From: Octopus sinensis
Lineage: Eukaryota
Reading direction: 5' to 3'
Length of the DNA: 64,000 nt
NCBI RefSeq assembly: GCF_006345805.1
Contig: NC_043008.1
Coordinates: forward strand, 56,792,001-56,856,000
The translations under genes were made by a program, and so were the position numbers. Positions 56,323 through 64,000 of this stretch are shown in pieces. The notes beneath the pieces were generated by a model. That model worked only from the letters and a program-made list of their open reading frames with translations, had not been told where the DNA came from and searched no databases. Position 1 is the first letter of the stretch. Every line of letters starts with the position of its first letter.

Positions 56323-56793
56323 TATATATATACTTACATATATATCTATATATGTAAGTAAATACATATATGTTTATATATATATATATATATTTATAAG
56401 TAAGGGTATCTAACAGATACCACCATGATTGATAGCAGCCAAAACTTGACTCTAGAACCACATTAAATGTTCATACAGCACCAGGAGAGAAGACAAAGAG
56501 ACAAATAGTCTAGCAAAAAAACTATTAGATAATTCAAGATCCCGGATTTCCTACGTTGCATAAGGAATGTTTTGCCTCATCAGTGGAATACACACTGCAT
56601 GTCTTATGCAAAACCAATAATATTTTTGCTAGTTTAGTTTTCTCTTTGTCTCTTTTAGATGCTCTAAATTATAATTTTAAAATAATTATTACGTATGAGG
56701 TTTTTATTACCATGCTAGCCACTTGATATGATCGGCATTTTAAATAACGATATTATCCTTATTTATATAAATATATACATCTCTATATCTATA

Positions 56794-56833
<40 letters not shown>

Positions 56834-56859
56834 GTATGTCTGTCATGTGACTTTGGGAC

Positions 56860-57400
56860 AGGGTGAGTGAGGCCAAAAAGCATTTTATTGCCAAACAAAC
56901 ACCAATTCAAAAAGGAATATATAATCTGTTACCTTTTTGAAAAATTTGCCATTTTTAATATTCGAAAATATGATATCGCTCAAATTGAATGCAGTGGGTC
57001 TAACTCTTCTTTTACAGTAAACTTCCTACCTGCCATTCTTAATTGTAGAGAAATAACAGGTATCACAAAGTGTCGTCATGGAGTTCTTAGTGAAGGAGGA
57101 ATATAGGATGCCCGACATCCAGGCAATGGTAAATGATTTTAACGGAGATGAAATCAAGGATATATGAAGAAATTGAAAGAAGAAGAAACCAGTTTCGAGC
57201 TTAAACTACGAAGTGGTAGACCAATAAATATTGCCAGGGACAAGAATCACTATCGAATGGACAAATAGATTCGCACGCTCAGACGATTTACAATCTATAA
57301 ATTTGCTGCATTGCTGGACTGTGATCAAAATGCGTTACGGAAGACGGTAGGAAAGTTAAGGTATCAGAAATGATTTAAAGGGCGTCTCAGTAGTTAACAG
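56860..57400 (+). mobile_element. Very decayed mariner-like 5' fragment
   Basis: EETSFELKLRSGRP resembles the mariner G..SLED..RSGRP linker. Confidence 0.35.
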
Positions 57401-58982
57401 TCGATTCGATGGAACTCGGCTTCATCAGCTGGAAGCATTTGAAGCCAACAATGAAACGTTTCTTTTTAATTTGATAACAGTGGATGCAACCGTTCACACC
57501 ATAGAATGGCTTCATATCTCTATTCCAGTGTCTATGAACTTCAAGACCCAGCACTCGGTAAAGATATCAATGGTGCTTGTTTTGGGGAAGGACAAAGGGC
57601 ATCATTCACTTTCATTTTCTGGAACGTAGCTGTACTGTGAAGAGCGATCGGTAGAGTCAGGCACTCAAAACGCTTAGAAATGTCAGTTTTTTCGCCAAAT
57701 CGCCTTCCGCATGTTTGATCCAATAGAGAACAGTCTCCGGGGGAGATTTGACGACAGAGACGAAGGAAAATTGATTGCGACGTAGTGGATACAACAGGGT
57801 TCACCCGAGAAAGACGATTTGATAGTTGACTTCAACGATACCGCTAATGATTTGTAGACGAGTACGTCTGTATAACAGAATATCAAGATATACAGTGCAT
57901 AGATTTGTGACAGCTGAAAGCTACCAAACTTTTACATTACGTTATGTACAACTATGGAAGCGAAGATTAAAATCAATCAAAACCAGTAAAGGAATTATTA
58001 ACCAGCCACAAAATCTCCACTGAACAAACAAATCAGTCAAACTTGCGAAAGTTCTAAATGTGACATGTGATTTAATTTTAATGACGGAGAAACTTGGGAA
58101 TTTTAGCGGTAACAGATTTTTATAAGGCAATTATATGACAGATATAAGGAAAACTGCGTAAGCGGGATCAATTTGAGAATTGTGACTGCATATATTGACT
58201 ATACTCGGCAGGTACAGAGTAATTAGAGTTTTGAATTGTGTGCAGAAAATTTCGCTACATATCAAGTTTCTCTCGTTGTACCAACACAGTGACTACAATG
58301 TTATCGAACAAATACGACGGATTAAAGTATCTCATACCTTTAAAAATAGAAAATGTGTGTAAGTCTCTATGCAAGCAGAAACGAAGCTAATATTAGTTTT
58401 GGACACAAATAAATAAAAATTCTCATTATTTTACTACGCGCATGTTATATTACAATCTTTGTGAAGTTGTTCGGAAAAAGAAAAAAATTAAGGAATTTTC
58501 ATCTCATGGTCTGTTCTGTGTATGTGTGTGTGTGTGTTGAAGTATATCTGATCTATCTATCTCAACTATCTATCTATCTATATTATAATATATATATATA
58601 TATATATATTCAAGCAAAATGCCCCCCGTCAATGGACGGTGCTGAGTTGTTTAAACATTTAACCGAATTTCTCTCAAACATTTGTCCGACCGTCACATAG
58701 GCCTCCCTTTGAGAAACACTGATTTAACCTAAATTGGAGACACCAGCAAAAGAAAAATAAAGATAGATTTCTTTCTATTCCAAGAAAAACGATTTTACAA
58801 ATGCACGTTCCCCACGGCTTTATCGATCGCATTCTCATCTGGAATCGATTTTTGTAATTTTTTAAAGACTTATACACGCCCTGATACCGACGGTATCTTC
58901 ATATCAAATGTGAGCGCAACCGGATGGAGATGCCCGAAATCCTAGAAGACACTTACATAAACAGAACAGAAACGGTTTTATA

Positions 58983-59028
<46 letters not shown>

Positions 59029-59559
59029 CATATATATCAGTTTTTACATAACGTCGTACGGTTATTAGCTGATATTTATAGCAAAAATTGCTGCCTTTTG
59101 TGCAACTTTTTTCCTATTTATTATAATTCAAACTTTACAGTGATTATCTCTGAAAAATAATACAATTGTATTATAATTATATTTATAATTTTTTTTATGT
59201 AAAACCATCCACTGATTTCGGCTTTGTTTGTGGCTTGGGCTATCAGCCGAGTGTGTAGGCATTGAAGTAGCGGACATTTATATTTAATCTTAGGGGAACC
59301 TATCTTACGAAGACCAACTAGATTTGCAATAACAAACATATTTTGGAAAGTCCGAAACCGAAATACTCGGTTGTCCATTTCTCTGGCTTTTCTCCTAGAG
59401 GTAAGACGAATTTTCTTTTTATGTTCGCCGCCCACACACAATTTTGCCTCTATACATTCAATGATGCTTTACATACACTCATACGGTTATCGACTGCTAT
59501 TTCCAACAATCATTGGTGCTTTGTTGTGCCACTATTTCTTATATATGTGTGTATGTGTG

Positions 59560-59970
59560 TGTTTAGGCGCAGTAATGGTTGTGTGGTATGAAGATGATTC
59601 TAAGTTCAGTCCCACTGCCTGACACCTTAGTTAAGTGTCTTCTACTATAGTCGTGGGCCGACCATAGCCTTGTGAGTGGATTTGGTTGACGGAAACTGAG
59701 ATATATGTTGCTTTCTGTGTGTGTAAGTGTGTGTATGTATATGTTTGTGTGCGAGTGTGTGTATTTGTGTCTATGTTTGTTCCCCACCATCGCTTGACCC
59801 CCCGATGTATGATTGCGGACCCGTAACTTTACGGTTCGGCAAAACGAAACCGTTACAATGGGTACTAGTCTTATAAACAATAAGTCCTGGGGACGATATG
59901 TTCAACTAAAGACGGTCTCCAGCATGGCCACAGTCAAGTGGGTGAAACAAAAGTATAAAAAATAAAAGAT
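59560..59970 (+). mobile_element. SINE family B
   Basis: aggcgcagtaatggttgtgtgg...ttcagtcccactg...ctccagcatggccacagtcaagtgggtgaaac. Confidence 0.8.
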
Positions 59971-60040
59971 ATATATATATATACATACCACACACACTCA
60001 CACAAACACACACACACACACACATACATATATATATAAT

Positions 60041-60096
<56 letters not shown>

Positions 60097-60109
60097 GCGT
60101 TGTGTGTGT

Positions 60110-60270
60110 GTTCGCCATGATAGATCGCTAGCCTGTGTTCCTTTCAGTCGCAGAGCGTAGGCTCGAACATAAAAGACTTTCTCACATCCCGAGCGTTAAA
60201 CTAATACATATGTTTGTTATTTAAACACCCGTCTTGTCTTTTGTTCTTTTGTAATTCTCACCATGTATAT
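60110..60270 (+). mobile_element. Hammerhead-like-motif repeat, copy 2
   Basis: ctttcagtcgcagagcgtaggctcgaacataaaagac at 60141-60175, between microsatellites. Confidence 0.55.
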
Positions 60271-60287
60271 AATATATATAATTATAT

Positions 60288-60321
<34 letters not shown>

Positions 60322-60732
60322 ATATATATATATTTTTATTTATTTATTTGTTTATTATTTATTTATTTAATTATTTATTCTGATTGAATTTTCAGTTTGT
60401 TAACATGTACCTCCTTAACAAGAATATAAACCGTATTTAATCAAGATACCCTGGGCCTCCTCCTGTAGTATACACTTCGCTCGGATATTTACCACCACTT
60501 CCAAATTCTGCTCGCTATGAAATAATTGAGACCGGATATTATCTATTCCATTCCTTAACCTACTACGAAATATAAATTTATTTTTTTCAGCTTCGTTACG
60601 AAAAAATCCATAACCTTCCAAATCAGTAAACCAGTATTGTTCCTGAAAGTTACTATTTGTATTTTGTACCGATTGCTTGAAACTAACCTTCTTCCTACAC
60701 CTCGATTCTAGGATCTTACACACACACACACA

Positions 60733-60808
<76 letters not shown>

Positions 60809-61544
60809 ATAACTATGTGTGTATGTATATTATGTGTGTGCGCGTTTGTGTCCGCAAAACATCGTAGAGTGAATTTATTTACAGGAGAATTATAGGTTTT
60901 CTTTTCGCAATTGTTGGCTTCGGCAGATCTATCATGCAATAAAATAGATATGAATAAAATACGTTTTGTCATACTTGCTTTTACTCCATGGAATCTATTA
61001 TACACAAAAGATGAAGGAACATGTTTGAATAGAATATTACAACCGGACCGATAACGGTAGATTTGAGTTTATGAGTAAACTATATTACGTTTGGTAAATT
61101 TTAAAGTATTTTCTTTTTGTCAAACCACCGTAACCAAGAGTTATATTTCCGATATTATGGAAAACAATAACATGCATGTGAATGTAAAATATAATTTATT
61201 GCTACGTCATCCATGATGAGAATTTTATCTACGAAAATGATATATCAGAATTTTGACTGAGAAATTACAATGAAAACGAAAACGAAAATTTTGATTTGTT
61301 TTCCTTCGTATACTTATATTTTCAACCATTTTATTTCATTATGTTTGCATGTGGTAATAGTTGCAAGCAGTATTATATATAAATAATTCCATATTTACTT
61401 GCAGAGCATATTAAATTTACATATATGCGTATACATATATGGGTGTGCATGTATGTGGTGTATGTATGAGTATATATATATATATATATTATATATATAT
61501 ATAATATATATATATAATATTATATATATATATATGTATATATA

Positions 61545-61680
61545 TAACGGGAAGCTTTATGAAAATAAACAAAAGACGAAGGCAGGTGGAATACAAGCAA
61601 ACAATTGTATTAGTATGGCGCTCAGGAATATAAATAACACAAGTCTTTTACGTTTCCAGACTACGCTCTTCAACAGAAAG

Positions 61681-61682
<2 letters not shown>
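61545..61682 (-). mobile_element. Hammerhead-like-motif repeat, copy 3
   Basis: Reverse complement ctttctgttgaagagcgtagtctggaaacgtaaaag (61645-61680), between (TA)n tracts. Confidence 0.55.
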
Positions 61683-61760
<78 letters not shown>

Positions 61761-61807
61761 ATATATATATTATATATATATATACTTATATTGTATATAT
61801 ACATATA

Positions 61808-61843
<36 letters not shown>

Positions 61844-61999
61844 AACTTTTATACACATGAGCAATATGGACGCAAGAGTGGCTGTACGGTAAGAAGCTTG
61901 CTTCCCACTGTGCATGTCCGTGTTTTCCTTAGCGCTGAAAGAAGTAACCACGCTGGTGTTCAGCTGGCGAAATATTGATTGAAAAAGTTCAGCTGTAAG

Positions 62000-63372
62000 G
62001 TAAAACTTTTGTTTTTTGGGGTCCAGTTGGGGTTTGTTGCTTGCTGTAATTACTTTTTGTACAAACAAGAAATCCTCACTGGATTCTGAACTCTGGTCTG
62101 CTTACAGTTGGAGAAAATGTTTTCACTTTAAGTGAATAGTTTTTCTCACTTAATTGAGAGAATTGCTGTTTTGGTGGCGCATCTTGCCTCCAAAAACAGT
62201 TGAACTTCTTCACCAATTTTTTGTGAAAGTTGTGGAAGCAATTTGTTCACTTTAAGTGAATAGTTTTTCTCAAGTAATCGTGAGAATTGTTGTTTTGGGG
62301 GCGTATCTCGCCTCCAAAAATAGTTGAACTTCTTCCCCAAATTTTGTGGAATCTCTGTTCCAGTTGCTGTGTTGCAGTTTCGAGTTGGAGGCCTGGATTA
62401 CCTAGAGGCCGAAAGACTTGTGCTTGCTGTGTTTTTTGAACTGTTGAACTGTTTTTTCCCTCTTCTATTTTTTGGGGGACTTCCTTTTTTCTTGAATTCT
62501 TTTCTTTTTTTCCTTCCTTTTTTGTTGTGACTTTCTTTTTTGGAATTTTTCTTGAACTGTTTTCTTTCTTTTTACTTCATTCTTTTTCAACTCTTTCTCT
62601 TGAACTGTTTGGACCTTCTGTTGAACTTTTTATTACAAAAAACATGGCGAAGAAAAAGGACACCATTTTGGAGTGGGAAATTGTCCCACCCAAGGAGTGG
62701 TTGAAGGATTTGGAAAAGAGGACTGTGGTGTTGAGGACCTCAAGTCGCTCGACACCATCTCCCTCTTCAGAAAAATCGATATAGAATGAGAGTTGGCGAA
62801 GTATATGCCAACTATAAAATTTATTTCCAAGGGTGTCAAGTATGCGACGGTGTGGTTGCTATTTGACGCCCCTGAGGAGACTCGCAATTTTGCGGGTCAA
62901 CCCTTAGAGGGCGGGGAAATATTGTTTCTTCCTATGTATTGTGGGAATGAGTTGACAAGGACTTGGGTCTGTGGTTTGCCACCCGGAATAGAACCCGAGT
63001 GGATTGAAGACACTATCCGCCGGGGTCTGGGTGGCAGCAGAGCCAAGATCCTAAACGTAAAACTTTTGCCTGCAGCTGATTGAGTGGGGTCAAAAGCGGT
63101 TTTGACCCAGTGAACACATTCAGCCAAGAATCTGGTATTTCCGGATAGTTTTGAAAATGGCCGGTACTAGGTATCCTGTGATTCTTGACGGTCGCCCCCA
63201 CCCAGTTGTCATTGGTGCCTGGAGCCTGGCCATATAAAAACAAACTGTCCCCAGGAACAAAGTAAGGTCCTGGAGCAGTTGGATGAGACCTCTGTAGAAG
63301 AGGGAACGAAGGCGGTCGAGGACGCGGAGGACTCAGCAAAGAAGGGCTGCAAGAGGAAGAAGGTGAGCAACA
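62000..63372 (+). mobile_element. 5' UTR and decayed gag-like ORF1 of a non-LTR retrotransposon (L1/Tx1-like)
   Basis: The GC-richer ORF1 starts at ATG 62644 and is broken by frameshifts and stops. The CCHC knuckle CHWCLEPGHIKTNC (C-X2-C-X4-H-X4-C) lies at 63207-63248. The 5' UTR has a tandem repeat of about 120 nt. No ORF2 is seen. Confidence 0.6.
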
Positions 63373-63402
63373 ATATATATTATATATATATATATATATA
63401 TA

Positions 63403-63560
63403 TTTGGCGAAAGAGTCAGCAGAAGTTTCGCCATTAACTTCTGCCGCGTGGAGCCTAGATATTTCACTCATAAAACACACATCGCCTGGTCTCAGATTCG
63501 AACCCGCAATCCCTCGACCGTGAGTCCACTGCTTTAACCACTAGGCTATGTACCTCCACA
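63403..63560 (-). mobile_element. SINE family C-related, 3'-truncated
   Basis: Reverse complement gtggaggtacatagcctagtggttaaagcagtggactcacggtcgagggattgcgggttcgaatc is a tRNA-like head. Confidence 0.7.
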
Positions 63561-63928
63561 GACAAGTATTAGCATTACCTAATAAATCCTTTTTCACACC
63601 ATTCAAGACGCGTGCTAGTGGCTGCTGAACGTATTGGAAATAGTAGACAAGTGACAAATTTTGTTCCAAACTGATGCTATTGTTTCGAAGCAATAAGATA
63701 TGATATCAGCATTATCTACTCCTGCGTTTGCGCATGTGTTTCGTGTACTTTCACTGTCTATAATTGCGCAAACACGTCATTGTTTATTTTGATACATACT
63801 GTTAAAGATAATAGACAGTACATTAAAACACATACGACCAACTATTAGATAAATAAATGTAATTGAGACGGGTTTCTATAAATCCCCTGTTTTTAAGAAA
63901 ATATAATCTATTTGTGAATATGCAGCCA

Positions 63929-64000
63929 AGAATTCAAGAAAAAAGGAAGTCCCCAAAAAGAGAGAAGAAGGAAAAAACAGTTCAACAGTTCAAAAAACAC
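63929..64000 (-). mobile_element. Inverted copy of the LINE 5' UTR segment 62429-62500, running off the window
   Basis: Reverse complement gtgttttttgaactgttgaactgttttttccttcttctctctttttggggacttccttttttcttgaattct is nearly identical to 62429-62500. Confidence 0.8.

Noticed and set aside
57541-57886. Minus-strand ORFs with Cys residues as possible receptor exons
   Set aside because: They do not match any mGluR segment I know and have no clear splice boundaries.
60415-61005. 196-aa minus-strand ORF with a signal-peptide-like start (MTKRILFISILL), a possible first exon of the receptor
   Set aside because: There is no receptor similarity and no convincing donor, and the ORF crosses microsatellite.

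Overview
Eukaryotic, AT-rich, repeat-dominated DNA. The SINE families and very dense (TA)n/(TG)n/(TACA)n tracts suggest an octopus (coleoid cephalopod) genome; this is pattern recognition, not a database result. I found only one convincing protein-coding feature: a 145-nt minus-strand exon (9834-9978) with canonical splice sites. It encodes part of the Venus-flytrap domain of a metabotropic-glutamate-receptor-like class C GPCR of the DmXR/mangetout type. The rest reads as intron (possibly partly intergenic) with one N gap (12040-12140). It holds at least four tRNA-derived SINE families, including tandem multimers and inverted pairs. It also holds decayed mariner, maT (DD37D), Tc1 and Chapaev3-like DNA transposons, RTE, Hero, Penelope and gag-like ORF1 retroelement fragments, two hairpin MITEs, and a 34-bp SINE-derived minisatellite with a 373-bp higher-order duplication. 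Several minimal type I hammerhead-ribozyme motifs are present, one with a fully canonical core. Nearly all ORFs in the supplied track are translations of microsatellites or repeats. Repeat boundaries are approximate (about 10-30 nt) unless TSDs or TIRs are quoted.
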